Source: an uncultured Verrucomicrobiota bacterium | GTDB lineage: Bacteria; Verrucomicrobiota; Kiritimatiellia; CAIQIC01; Lenti-01 | Length of the DNA stretch: 64,000 nt | NCBI GenBank assembly: GCA_964399775.1 | Contig: CAYNSH010000007.1 | Coordinates: forward strand, 788-64,787 | Direction of reading: 5' to 3' | In this document: positions 1 to 8,839 of the stretch, in pieces | Layout: every line of letters starts with the position of its first letter | Position numbering within the stretch: position 1 is the first letter of the stretch | Notes under the pieces: generated by a model | The model's database searches: none | What the model saw: the letters and a program-made list of their open reading frames with translations, nothing else | Told to the model about the DNA's origin: nothing | Made by a program: the position numbers and the translations under genes

Positions 1-2
1 TG

Positions 3-26
3 CGATATCGCGATATCGTGATATCC
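3..26. repeat. Three direct copies of GATATC (palindromic hexamer) spaced 8 bp apart, followed by an AT-rich stretch, upstream of the CBM-protein gene
   Basis: Read directly: gcGATATCgcGATATCgtGATATCc then agtaaaaattgagattaaacagtt. Possible operator/promoter region; the window edge truncates the context. Confidence 0.4.
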
Positions 27-135
27 AGTAAAAATTGAGATTAAACAGTTGCACTGCTCCTGTAAATCGGGCAATCTGCCGGGCATTCGACGGGGTTTGG
101 ACCATTTAAAAATACACCTAAGCAAGGAGCATCGA

Positions 136-3100
136 ATGAAAGCTAAGTGGTTGAGTGGTTTTTTGATCGGAGCGCTGGCGCTCACCGGGGCGGCATACGG
201 GCAGATTCGCGACGTCACCTTCTCGGTGGATATGGCCGTGCAGATCGACTTGAACAACTTCGACCCCGACACCATGGGAGTGGACGTACGCGGGGGATTC
301 AACGGCTGGGGCCAGACGGCTCTGTCCCGCGTCGGCGCAACCACCGTCTATGCCGAAACCGTTGCCATCGAAGGCGACGAAGGCGATCCGGTGAATTACA
401 AGTTCTACTTCAACGGGCCTGACAATTGGGAAAACGCCATTCCCGATCGCAGCTTCCAACTGGGTCCGGCCGGTGAGCCCCAAGTGCTCGATACGGTTTA
501 TTTCGACAACCAGGGCCCGCTGGGGGATGAAGTCACCGCCGATGTCACGTTCTCCGTGAACATGGCCGTTCAGATCGACCTGGGCAACTTCGATCAGGGT
601 ACCGGCGAAGTCCAGATCCGCGGGCCATTCAACGGCTGGGGTGGAACCGCGCTGACCCAAGTGGGAGAAACGACGGTCTATTCCGCGACCCTTTCGGTGA
701 CGGCTCCCGAAGGCTCGGCCGTGCCCCACAAATTCTATATCGTTGGTTTTCCTGTACCAGATGACGGGTATGAATCCGGCGATGACCGCACCTTTGTCAT
801 GGGCGAAGATGGCGTGCCCAATGTCTTGGATACGGTGTACTTCAACAACCAAGGTCCCGTGGGCCCGGAAGTCACCGCCGACGTGACCTTCTCCGTGAAC
901 ATGGGCGTGCGGATTGCGGCCGGCCAGTTCAATCCGGACACGATGGGCGTGGACGTGCGCGGTGATTTCAACGACTGGGGCACCACGGCGCTGGCCCGCG
1001 AAGGCGCCACGACGATCTATTCCGCCACGATTTCCGTCACGGCTCCGGAAGACTCGGCGGTGGAGTACAAGTTTTTTTATGATAGCGGTGAAGAGAATTG
1101 GGAAGACGACCCCAACCGCTCGTTTATCATGGGCGAAGACGGCGTGCCCCAGGTGCTGGATACGGTCTATTTCAACAACGAAGAGCCGGCCGGCGGCCTC
1201 GATCTCTCCGGCACGTGGAACCCGGCGACGACGGGTGACTACGAATTCACCGTCACGCGCAGCGATCCCGGCATCGGCGACGTGATCAACCTCGACAGCG
1301 ACAATCTTCTCGCCGCCACGGTGCCGGCCACGGTCACCTTCGCCGCCGGCGAAGACGAGGCGACCTTCAACGTGACGATTGTTTCCCTGGAAAACGGCGA
1401 TGTCACCATCACGGCGGAGGATCCCGTCAGCGGCGACATGGCCGAATACACGATGCGCATGCCGGGCATGGAGATCGATGGTCCCTGGCAGGTCTATGTC
1501 ATGGGCCCCGTGAATTATACCCTCCGCCGGGTCTACAACATCAGCGGCACGGTCAACTTGAGCAGCTCCGATCCGGGCGTCATGACCGTTCCCGCCACAG
1601 CCACCTTTGCCGGTGACGACGTCGAAACGACCTTCCAGGCCACGGCCGTCGGTTTCGGCGCCACCACCCTGACCGCCACCGATCCGGCCAACGGGATCTT
1701 TGCCCAATTCAATGCCTCCGTCGAGCCGCCCGCCTTGGAGGTCTTTGGCCCGCAGATGGTGTGGACCGGCTCGTCGCCCACCTTTACCGTGGTGCGGTAC
1801 GGGCCCGTCGGCGATGTGGTGAACTTGTCCAGCACGGACGACGCCGTCCTGCAGGTTCCCGCCACCGTGACGTTTGGCTTCGAAGAGGACACCGCCACCT
1901 TCCAGGCCCAAGCCCTCTCCGAAGGCATGGCGACCATCGGCGCCCAGAATGATGACGCCAATGCCGATCCGTGGCCGGTTTCGGTGCTGGATCCGCCGGT
2001 CTTCGTCGCCTATGACGACGCCTCGCTCTATGACGGCGGAGAGTGGACCCCGACCCCGGTGCATGTCACCGGTTTCTCCGATTGGACCGTGGAACTCAGT
2101 CCGGAGATTGAGAACTCCTTCCGCGGCGTCTTCATCGGGGAATCCGCGATCGTCGCCATCAACGAGGCTGGCGTGGCCTTTGGGTTGTACGCCAATTACT
2201 TTGACAGCGATCCGGACCCTCGCCCGGAGGTTAAATTGTTCCGCAGCTTCCCCGGTCCGATGCTGCCCGGCCAGGTTTTCTCCGTGGATGTGGGCTACGA
2301 CTGGAGCAGCGGCGCCAAGGGCTTCCGGCTGTGGGGCAGTTGGGAAGATGCCTTCTACGAGCGCTTCGAGCTGTTCAACTCGGGCAACAACACCTGGTCG
2401 TACAAGCTCGATGGTGACGATGACACCATCACGGTGGTTTGGGATGGGTACATCGAAGGCGGGTTCAAGGGCACCGTCCAGGCGGTTTGCACGGCTCCCA
2501 ACACGTTCGATTTCGGCTTCCAGCGGGCCGGCGGAGAGTGGGTCTGGGTGGAAGACGTGGTCCTGCCCGGCACGATCGACACGATCGAGTTCTACAACTG
2601 GAACGGCGGCACCGGCGATGCGGAGAACTTCTACTTCAACCGCATGTGGCTGACCGAAGCCGACGATCCGGACCCGGCCCTCGAGTTCATCGCCGGCGTT
2701 TGGGACGTCACCGCAACTGGCATGTACGAGTATACCCTGCGCCGCGTGGGTGCGGTGGAAGATGAAATCACCCTCACCAGCGACAATCCGGCGACCCTGT
2801 GGGTGCCGCCTTCCGTCACGTTCGTCGTGGGCGAAGATACGGTCAGCTTCATGGCGGAGGTTCTCGCCCTCGATCAGGGCGACGCCACCATCGAGGCATG
2901 GGATCCCGTCAGCGGAGCCATGGCCGAATTTGTCGTGCGTCCTCGCGAAGAGGAGCCCGGCATCGTCTATCTCGTCTACGACCCCGCCACTCGCGGGATG
3001 TCCTTCACGGCGCCGGCGGATCATACCTTCAGCAGCCTGGAGTGGGCCGACCTGGCGCTGGCGGCGGACCGCGATGGATTCGACTTCGCTCCGATTCCGG

Positions 3101-3204
3101 AAACCCTCTACACCATCGTCAATGGCACGGCGATCATCCACACCGATGAGGTGGGAAGCCCCCGCCGGATGGTGATCCGGGCCCATATCCGGCCGATTCT
3201 CTGA
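136..3204 (+). CDS. Secreted multi-repeat protein: signal peptide, three tandem CBM20-like starch-binding modules, four Ig-like repeats, no obvious catalytic domain
   Basis: ATG at 136 (M30 of the TTG-started ORF 49..3204) gives MKAKWLSGFLIGALALTGAAYGQ, a signal peptide. Three ~110-aa repeats carry VTFSVxM...GxFNGWG...YKF...NWE.DPNRSF...VLDTVYF, which matches the CBM20 signature (YKF...WE.DPNR). Four further ~90-aa repeats follow (P.TVTF..GED.ATF...DP.SG.MAE). Confidence 0.75.
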   Translation: MKAKWLSGFLIGALALTGAAYGQIRDVTFSVDMAVQIDLNNFDPDTMGVDVRGGFNGWGQTALSRVGATTVYAETVAIEGDEGDPVNYKFYFNGPDNWENAIPDRSFQLGPAGEPQVLDTVYFDNQGPLGDEVTADVTFSVNMAVQIDLGNFDQGTGEVQIRGPFNGWGGTALTQVGETTVYSATLSVTAPEGSAVPHKFYIVGFPVPDDGYESGDDRTFVMGEDGVPNVLDTVYFNNQGPVGPEVTADVTFSVNMGVRIAAGQFNPDTMGVDVRGDFNDWGTTALAREGATTIYSATISVTAPEDSAVEYKFFYDSGEENWEDDPNRSFIMGEDGVPQVLDTVYFNNEEPAGGLDLSGTWNPATTGDYEFTVTRSDPGIGDVINLDSDNLLAATVPATVTFAAGEDEATFNVTIVSLENGDVTITAEDPVSGDMAEYTMRMPGMEIDGPWQVYVMGPVNYTLRRVYNISGTVNLSSSDPGVMTVPATATFAGDDVETTFQATAVGFGATTLTATDPANGIFAQFNASVEPPALEVFGPQMVWTGSSPTFTVVRYGPVGDVVNLSSTDDAVLQVPATVTFGFEEDTATFQAQALSEGMATIGAQNDDANADPWPVSVLDPPVFVAYDDASLYDGGEWTPTPVHVTGFSDWTVELSPEIENSFRGVFIGESAIVAINEAGVAFGLYANYFDSDPDPRPEVKLFRSFPGPMLPGQVFSVDVGYDWSSGAKGFRLWGSWEDAFYERFELFNSGNNTWSYKLDGDDDTITVVWDGYIEGGFKGTVQAVCTAPNTFDFGFQRAGGEWVWVEDVVLPGTIDTIEFYNWNGGTGDAENFYFNRMWLTEADDPDPALEFIAGVWDVTATGMYEYTLRRVGAVEDEITLTSDNPATLWVPPSVTFVVGEDTVSFMAEVLALDQGDATIEAWDPVSGAMAEFVVRPREEEPGIVYLVYDPATRGMSFTAPADHTFSSLEWADLALAADRDGFDFAPIPETLYTIVNGTAIIHTDEVGSPRRMVIRAHIRPIL
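211..1203 (+). repeat. Tandem ~335-bp coding repeat x3 (CBM20-like modules) within the 136..3204 CDS
   Basis: Protein repeats start at aa 55, 165 and 278 of the ORF (nt 211, 541, 880) with near-identical motif blocks. The DNA-level tandem duplication is visible (gtcaccttctccgtgaacatg recurs). Confidence 0.7.
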
Positions 3205-3227
3205 TCACCGAACCGATTCGGTGTTCA

Positions 3228-3267
3228 CCCCCCCCCCGCCGTTATTGCGGCGGGGGGGGGTTTCGTT
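3228..3267 (+). terminator. Rho-independent terminator after the CBM-protein gene
   Basis: 13-bp G/C stem cccccccccgccg / cggcggggggggg with loop ttattg, followed by TTTCGTT, 24 nt after the stop codon. Confidence 0.7.
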
Positions 3268-3369
3268 CGGAGGGGCGGACGGGTCAAAAAGAATTGCCAT
3301 TGGCCCGGGTGGGGGATAGGGTGTGCGAGGCTTGCCGGGGCGACCGGGATGGCCGGTAGCTGGGTGCCG

Positions 3370-3500
3370 CCCGGGCCGGTTGTCACGGGTTGGGCCCCAT
3401 GCGACGGATGCGGCCAAAACCCCGCCAGGGCCGGAAGGCAGCAACGGTATGGTCGTCGTTCCGGGTGCCGTGGGAATCCTGGCCCGTGACGGCCGGCTCG
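3370..3500 (+). ncRNA. ffs: Signal recognition particle RNA (4.5S/SRP RNA, ffs) candidate
   Basis: CAGGGCCGGAAGGCAGCAAC at 3425..3445 matches the conserved domain-IV motif of bacterial SRP RNA (E. coli CAGGUCCGGAAGGAAGCAGC). Flanking complementary arms GTCACGGG (3382..3389) and CCCGTGAC (3484..3491) close a long helix. The position immediately upstream of dnaX is the classic ffs-dnaX-ybaB-recR arrangement. Ends are approximate. Confidence 0.55.
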
Positions 3501-3537
3501 GCCGGAGCGCGGCCGGCAAGTCATTGGGAGAAACCGC

Positions 3538-5190
3538 ATGGCGTATGAAGTATTGGCGCGAAAATGGCGCCCGCAGCAATTCCAGGACGTGGTCGGCCAG
3601 TCGCACGTCATCCAAACGCTGTCCCGCGCGATCCAGTCCGGGCGGGTGGCGCATGCCTATCTGTTCGTGGGTCCCCGGGGCACCGGCAAGACCACCACCG
3701 CCCGGCTGCTGGCCAAGGCGTTGAACTGCCAGAAGCGCGGCAAGAAATCCGACCCGTGCGACCAGTGCGACTCCTGCCGCGAGATTGTCGCCGGCAACAG
3801 CCTCGATGTGATCGAGATCGATGCGGCCTCCAACACCCAGGTCGACCATGTACGCGAGCTGCGCGACAACGTGCGCTACGCCCCCGCGCGCGGGCCGTTC
3901 AAGGTCTACATCATCGACGAAGTCCACATGTTGAGCACCGGCGCCTTCAATGCCCTGCTCAAGACGCTCGAGGAACCGCCGGCCCACGTCAAGTTCCTGC
4001 TGGCGACGACCGATGTCCACAAGGTGCCGGCCACCATTTTGTCGCGCTGCCAGCGCTTCGATTTGCGGCGGATCGGGCTCAAGGAGATGGTCGGGCGCCT
4101 GGAGGAGATCGTGGCGGCCGAGAAGTGGACGGTCAGCCCGGCGGCCCTGCTGGCGATCGCCCGCGGCGCCGAGGGGGCCTTGCGGGATGCGGAATCCGCG
4201 CTCGACCAGATCGTGTCCTTCCGGGGTGAGACGGTCGAGGAAGCCGATGTGCTGGATGTCTTCGGCCTGGTGGCGTGGACCACCATCGATCGGCTGGCCA
4301 CGGCCGTGCTCCAGGGGAATTCGGCGGAGGTCTTGAAGATCGTCGCCGAGCTGGATGCGGGCGGACGGGATCTTCAGCGGCTCGTGCAGGAACTGCTCGG
4401 CCACTTCCGCCATGTCCTGGTTTGGCTGCACGCGCCGGAATTAGCGGGAACATTCGATTTGACCGAAGCGCAGGTGGAGGGCTTGCGGGCCCAAGCCACG
4501 CTGACCGACAGCGAAAAGCTGCTGCGCGTGGTGGAGATCCTGACCGAAGCGGCCAACCAGTCGCGGTTCGCGCTCTCCCTGCGGACCGTGGTGGAAGTGG
4601 CGTTGCTCAAATGCTCGCGAGCCGCCCGTGTGGTCAGTATTGACGAGTTGATCGCCCGGCTGGAGGCGACATCGGCGGATGGGGGTGCGTCGGCGCCATC
4701 CGCCGTTGAATCCACTTCCCCGGCGCGCCCGGCCAAGGCGCCCAAGCCCCTGCGAAGCCCTCCGGGTGAAGGTGGTGATCTGGCCCACCTGAAACAGCGC
4801 TGGTCGGCCATCCTGAATGAAGTCTCCGAAACCGCCCAGTTGGCGGCGCCCTACCTGAAGGAGGCGGAACCGCTCCGCATGGAGGGCGATCATGTCGTCC
4901 TGGGGTTCGACCCGGAATTCAGCGAGCATCTGAAGCGGGTCCAAACGCCCCGGGCGCAGCAGGCCATCGAGCACGCCCTGACCCATGAGCTGCGCCGCAC
5001 CGTCGGGGTTCGCTACGTCATCGAAGATCGGCCCAAGGTGCCGGTGGCCAGCGCCCCCCCCGCCGAGGCCCCGGCCGCACCGCCTCCTCCGGCCAAAAAA
5101 TCGCCCCCGAAAAACCGATTGGCCAATGATCCGGCGGTCAAGAAAACCATGGAGGTTTTCGAGGCCGAGCTGCTGGACATCCGCGAATAA
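3538..5190 (+). CDS. dnaX: DNA polymerase III subunit gamma/tau
   Basis: MAYEVLARKWRPQQF..VVGQ, Walker A GPRGTGKTT, clamp-loader motifs. Pro/Lys-rich C-terminal tail. Confidence 0.93.
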   Translation: MAYEVLARKWRPQQFQDVVGQSHVIQTLSRAIQSGRVAHAYLFVGPRGTGKTTTARLLAKALNCQKRGKKSDPCDQCDSCREIVAGNSLDVIEIDAASNTQVDHVRELRDNVRYAPARGPFKVYIIDEVHMLSTGAFNALLKTLEEPPAHVKFLLATTDVHKVPATILSRCQRFDLRRIGLKEMVGRLEEIVAAEKWTVSPAALLAIARGAEGALRDAESALDQIVSFRGETVEEADVLDVFGLVAWTTIDRLATAVLQGNSAEVLKIVAELDAGGRDLQRLVQELLGHFRHVLVWLHAPELAGTFDLTEAQVEGLRAQATLTDSEKLLRVVEILTEAANQSRFALSLRTVVEVALLKCSRAARVVSIDELIARLEATSADGGASAPSAVESTSPARPAKAPKPLRSPPGEGGDLAHLKQRWSAILNEVSETAQLAAPYLKEAEPLRMEGDHVVLGFDPEFSEHLKRVQTPRAQQAIEHALTHELRRTVGVRYVIEDRPKVPVASAPPAEAPAAPPPPAKKSPPKNRLANDPAVKKTMEVFEAELLDIRE

Positions 5191-5213
5191 ACCATCGGAA
5201 AGGATTCGAAACG

Positions 5214-5528
5214 ATGAACATGATGAAGATGATGAAGCAGGCCGCGAGCATGCAGAAGAACATGGCCAAGGTTCAGGAGGATCTGGCGTCCATGACGCTG
5301 GAACACCAGAGCGGCGGTGGCGCGGTCACGGTTTCGATCGGTGGCGAAGGAACCGTTCGCGCCATTCGCATCGATCCCAAGGTGGTCGACCCCGCCGATG
5401 TGGAAATGCTCGAAGACCTGGTGCTGACGGCGGTCCAGGGCGCGCAGGAGGCGGCCAAGCTGACCGCCGCGGCGGAAATGCAAAAGGTGACCGCCGGCAT
5501 GGGCCTCCCGCCGGGACTGGGCCTGTAG
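5214..5528 (+). CDS. ybaB: YbaB/EbfC family nucleoid-associated protein
   Basis: 104 aa with typical YbaB N-terminus (MMKQAASMQKNMAKVQEDL), located between dnaX and recR. Confidence 0.9.
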   Translation: MNMMKMMKQAASMQKNMAKVQEDLASMTLEHQSGGGAVTVSIGGEGTVRAIRIDPKVVDPADVEMLEDLVLTAVQGAQEAAKLTAAAEMQKVTAGMGLPPGLGL

Positions 5529-5575
5529 GCCGCGCGAGCGTGGATGGCGGCAAACGCCCCTGAACCTGGCCCGAG

Positions 5576-6169
5576 ATGGATCCCCTTGCACACTTGACCG
5601 AGACCCTGGCGAAGCTGCCGGGATTGGGTCGGCGTTCGGCCGAGCGTCTCGCCGTTCATCTGGCCCGGAATCCTTCCACGATGGCCCGGGATTTGTCGGC
5701 GGCCATCGAGGATGCCCGGGCGCAGTTAGAGGCCTGTCGACTGTGCGGCAGCGTTACGGCCCGTCAGGAAAACCCGTGTCGGCTGTGCTCGGATCCCCGG
5801 CGCGATGCCGCCATCCTGTGCGTGGTCGAGGATCCGGCCGACATCGCCCTGCTGGAGCGAAGCGGGGAATACCACGGACACTATTTCGCGCTGATGGGCA
5901 AGCTGTCGCCCATGCGCGGGGAGGGGATCGGCTCGCTGCGACTTCCAGCCCTCTTGGAGCGCGCGGCCAAGGCCAGGGAAGTGCTGCTGGCGCTGAACAG
6001 CGATGTGGAGAGCGAATCGACCGCGGCATACCTTCGCCACGTTCTCGCCCAAAAGCTGCCCGACCTGGTGATCAGTCGCCTGGCGCTGGGAATCCCGGCG
6101 GGAAGCGCCATTGCCTATTCGGACCCCGTCACCCTCGGTCGGGCCATCCGCGGCCGCACCCCAACCTGA
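5576..6169 (+). CDS. recR: Recombination protein RecR
   Basis: Helix-hairpin-helix (HhH) N-terminus (LPGLGRRSAERLAVHL), C4 zinc finger CRLCGSV..CRLC, Toprim region; conserved synteny. Confidence 0.92.
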   Translation: MDPLAHLTETLAKLPGLGRRSAERLAVHLARNPSTMARDLSAAIEDARAQLEACRLCGSVTARQENPCRLCSDPRRDAAILCVVEDPADIALLERSGEYHGHYFALMGKLSPMRGEGIGSLRLPALLERAAKAREVLLALNSDVESESTAAYLRHVLAQKLPDLVISRLALGIPAGSAIAYSDPVTLGRAIRGRTPT

Positions 6170-6299
6170 GTGCCTGTGGGGCCAGCCGCCCCACGGTCTT
6201 GCGTCGCGGGCTCGCGCGCCGTAGCCTCGGCGAAGGCGGGGGGCAACCGGTGACTTCCTCACCGCACCAGGTGGTGGGGCCCGCTCGAATCTATTCCGT

Positions 6300-6340
6300 T
6301 GCTTCATGCGGGAGATGTGGTATACATGGGCAGGTAAAAC
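6300..6340 (+). promoter_or_regulatory. Putative sigma70-like promoter for the DUF2760-like/Hsp70 module (TTGCTT-N16-TATACA) with a GAAGG ribosome-binding site at 6358
   Basis: Read in the 197-nt gap between recR and the 6367 start. Weak. Confidence 0.25.
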
Positions 6341-6366
6341 GTTTTATTCGATGGAGGTGTTGAAGG

Positions 6367-6876
6367 ATGAGAAGACTATTTCAAGCGTTTCAGGCCTTTT
6401 TTCGTGTGTTGCGCGACGCTCAATTCGCACAACTTGTGGCCGCAGGACCGCAATCCGCGGCGACACCGCAGGCAACGGTCCGGAGCCCCGGCACCCGTCA
6501 CGGTGCGCTTGGACTGCTGTCCGCCCTGCAGCGTGAGGCGCGTTTGGTGGATTTTCTGAAGGAACCGATCGGCGACTATCCGGATGCCCAGGTGGGCGCG
6601 GCGGTCCGCGAGGTTCACCGGCAGGCCGGAGCGGTTCTGGACCGGATGTTTGCCCTGCAACCCGTACTGAATCGTTCCGAGGGTGAAACGATAACGGTCG
6701 AGGCGAACCGCAATCCCGCCCGGGTTCAACTGGCGGGGCCGGTTTCCGGCAATCCCCCTTATCGCGGTACCCTGTGCCATCACGGTTGGCTGGCGACTCG
6801 CTGCGACGTCCCGGAATGGACCGGACGGGAAGAGGATGCCCTGGTCGTCGCCCCGGCGGAAGTCCAAATCGCTTGA
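6367..6876 (+). CDS. DUF2760-like protein (uncharacterised; typically linked to atypical Hsp70 genes)
   Basis: N-terminus MRRLFQAFQAFFRVLRDAQFAQLVAAG resembles the DUF2760 (PF10816) signature as I recall it. Sits directly upstream of the two Hsp70-like genes. Confidence 0.55.
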   Translation: MRRLFQAFQAFFRVLRDAQFAQLVAAGPQSAATPQATVRSPGTRHGALGLLSALQREARLVDFLKEPIGDYPDAQVGAAVREVHRQAGAVLDRMFALQPVLNRSEGETITVEANRNPARVQLAGPVSGNPPYRGTLCHHGWLATRCDVPEWTGREEDALVVAPAEVQIA

Positions 6877-7032
6877 ACCTCATGCAAAACTCCGGCCCAA
6901 ACGGTCGGGACGGAGCCCGGCCCTCCAGTCTGCCGTCCCATGGGCCGGTTTTCGCCTGTGGAGAGACGATCTTCGTGTCGTCCAGACGATTCGATTTCAT
7001 AGTGACGTTCTGGCCCGAGCCACGGGCCGCCT

Positions 7033-8832
7033 GTGGAGCATAAGATGAAAGCAACCTATTCCGTTGGTATTGACCTGGGCACCACCAACAGCGTGATCGC
7101 CTCGGTGGCGTTGAACGATCCGGCGGCCGCCGTGGAACTGCTGCCCATTCCGCAACTGACTGCGGCAGGCACGGTGGAAAACCTTCCCATGCTGCCGTCG
7201 TTCCTCTATCTGGCAACCCCGGCGGAGCGCGGGCACCACGACTTGCCATGGGCCGCGGACCGTGAACTGGCGGTCGGGGAGTGGGCGCGGCGCCAGGCCG
7301 CCAGCGTCCCCACCCGAACTGTCGCCGCGGCCAAATCCTGGCTGTGCCACAGCCGGGTGGACCGCTCCAAACCCATTCTGCCCTGGAACGCCCCGGACGA
7401 CGTGCCCAAGGTTTCGCCGGTCGAAGCCACGCAGCGCTACCTGGAGCATTTGCTCGAGGCCTGGAATGCCGCGCACCCGGAGGCCCCCTTGAAGCAGCAG
7501 TTGGTCACGTTGACCGTACCGGCCTCGTTCGATGCCAGCGCGCGCGACCTGACCCGCGAAGCGGCCCGGCGGGCGGGACTGCCCAAGGAGTTGGTTCTGC
7601 TGGAGGAGCCGCAAGCCGCGCTCTATGCCTGGCTGGCGACCACCGGCGAATCGTGGCGGCGGCGGCTGGCCGTGGGAGATGTCCTGCTGGTTTGCGACGT
7701 GGGCGGCGGCACCACCGATTTTACGCTGATCCGAGTGGAAGAGGCCGATGGCGACCTGCAACTGACACGCGTCGCCGTGGGCAACCACATCCTGGTTGGC
7801 GGCGACAACATGGACTTGGCCCTGGCCCACCTGGCCAAGGCCGCTTTCCAGGAAAAGGGCATCGAGATGGATGCCTGGCAGTCCGTCGCCCTGTGGCATT
7901 CGTGCCGTCTGGCCAAGGAATCGCTGCTGACCGATGGCGGTCCGGAAGTCTTTCCGGTGACCGTACTGGGGCGGGGACGTCGCGTGGTCGGCGGAACGGT
8001 CAGCGTTGATCTCCATCGTCGCCAGGTGTTGGAGACCCTGTCGGAGGGCTTTCTGCCAGCGTGCGAACTGGGGGCGGAACCGGCATCGCGCCGGGCCTCG
8101 GGATTCCGCGAACTGGGCCTGCCCTTCGAAACCGATGCGGCCATCACGCGCCACTTGTCGCGGTTTTTGTCGCGTCATGCCGCGGAGGGCGATGCGCCGG
8201 TTCGCCCGACCCATATCGTCTTCAATGGCGGCGTCTTCAAGGCGGACGCCTTGCGGTCGAGGCTGGGGGACATCTTCCGCGACTGGTTTGGGGCAGAGGG
8301 CGCCCCGGCGGTCCTGGAGGGCAGCCTGGACCTCGATTTTGCCGTGGCGCGGGGCGCCGCGCACTACGGGCGCACGAAAGTCAGTGGCGGCATTCGCATT
8401 CGTGGCGGCACCGCCCGCGCGTATTACGTCGGCATTGAGTCGTCCGGCCCCGCCGTGCCGGGCGCCGAACGCCCCCTGCGGGCTCTGTGCGTGGTGCCTC
8501 ATGGCATGGAGGAAGGCACCGAGGCCCAGGTGCCCGGCGGCGAAATCGGCCTGGTCGTGGGTGAACCGGCTCAGTTCCGGTTCTTCAGTTCCCCGGTGCG
8601 CAAGGATGATCGGCCCGGCGACCTGATCGAACAGTGGCCGGAGGGCGATCTGGTCGAAACGGATTCCATGGAAACGGTCCTGCCGGCGGCCGCCGGAAGC
8701 GAAGAGGGCTATGTCCCCGTCCGCTTCGAATCGCGCATCACCGAGCTGGGCGTCTTTGAACTCTGGTGCGTCAGCACGGGTTCGGATGAACGCTGGAAGC
8801 TCGAATTCAGCGTGCGGGATCCAGAGACCTGA
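7033..8832 (+). CDS. Hsp70-family ATPase, non-canonical (short; no standard DnaK substrate-binding/lid domain)
   Basis: Nucleotide-binding-domain motifs IDLGTTNSVIA, LVCDVGGGTTDFTLI, GGDNMDLA. 599 aa. No dnaJ/grpE nearby. Confidence 0.85.
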   Translation: MEHKMKATYSVGIDLGTTNSVIASVALNDPAAAVELLPIPQLTAAGTVENLPMLPSFLYLATPAERGHHDLPWAADRELAVGEWARRQAASVPTRTVAAAKSWLCHSRVDRSKPILPWNAPDDVPKVSPVEATQRYLEHLLEAWNAAHPEAPLKQQLVTLTVPASFDASARDLTREAARRAGLPKELVLLEEPQAALYAWLATTGESWRRRLAVGDVLLVCDVGGGTTDFTLIRVEEADGDLQLTRVAVGNHILVGGDNMDLALAHLAKAAFQEKGIEMDAWQSVALWHSCRLAKESLLTDGGPEVFPVTVLGRGRRVVGGTVSVDLHRRQVLETLSEGFLPACELGAEPASRRASGFRELGLPFETDAAITRHLSRFLSRHAAEGDAPVRPTHIVFNGGVFKADALRSRLGDIFRDWFGAEGAPAVLEGSLDLDFAVARGAAHYGRTKVSGGIRIRGGTARAYYVGIESSGPAVPGAERPLRALCVVPHGMEEGTEAQVPGGEIGLVVGEPAQFRFFSSPVRKDDRPGDLIEQWPEGDLVETDSMETVLPAAAGSEEGYVPVRFESRITELGVFELWCVSTGSDERWKLEFSVRDPET

Positions 8833-8839
8833 TCGCCGC

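Noticed and set aside
118-3186. 1022-aa minus-strand ORF mirroring the CBM-protein gene. Similar long antisense ORFs exist at 3205..4431(-), 8807..11314(-), 13738..16305(-), 19837..21642(+), 33386..36052(+), 37564..40476(+), 20218..21834 overlaps etc.
   Set aside because: The opposite strands encode clearly recognisable conserved proteins (dnaX, Hsp70, ABC-F/histidine kinase, NfeD, UvrD...). The antisense translations are Arg/Gly/Pro/Ala-rich low-complexity strings typical of stop-codon depletion in ~65% GC DNA.
5085-5110. Possible dnaX programmed -1 frameshift site at GCCAAAAAATCG (A-run)
   Set aside because: The A-run is not a canonical A_AAA_AAG heptamer in frame. It lies 35 codons from the stop (not after domain III), and no downstream stem-loop is evident.
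8711-8839. Longer N-terminus for the second Hsp70 starting at 8711 and overlapping the first Hsp70
   Set aside because: The 8711 start gives a Ser/Ala-rich leader overlapping the upstream gene out of frame. The ATG at 8840 gives the canonical ...YAVGIDLGTT N-terminus 7 nt after the upstream stop.
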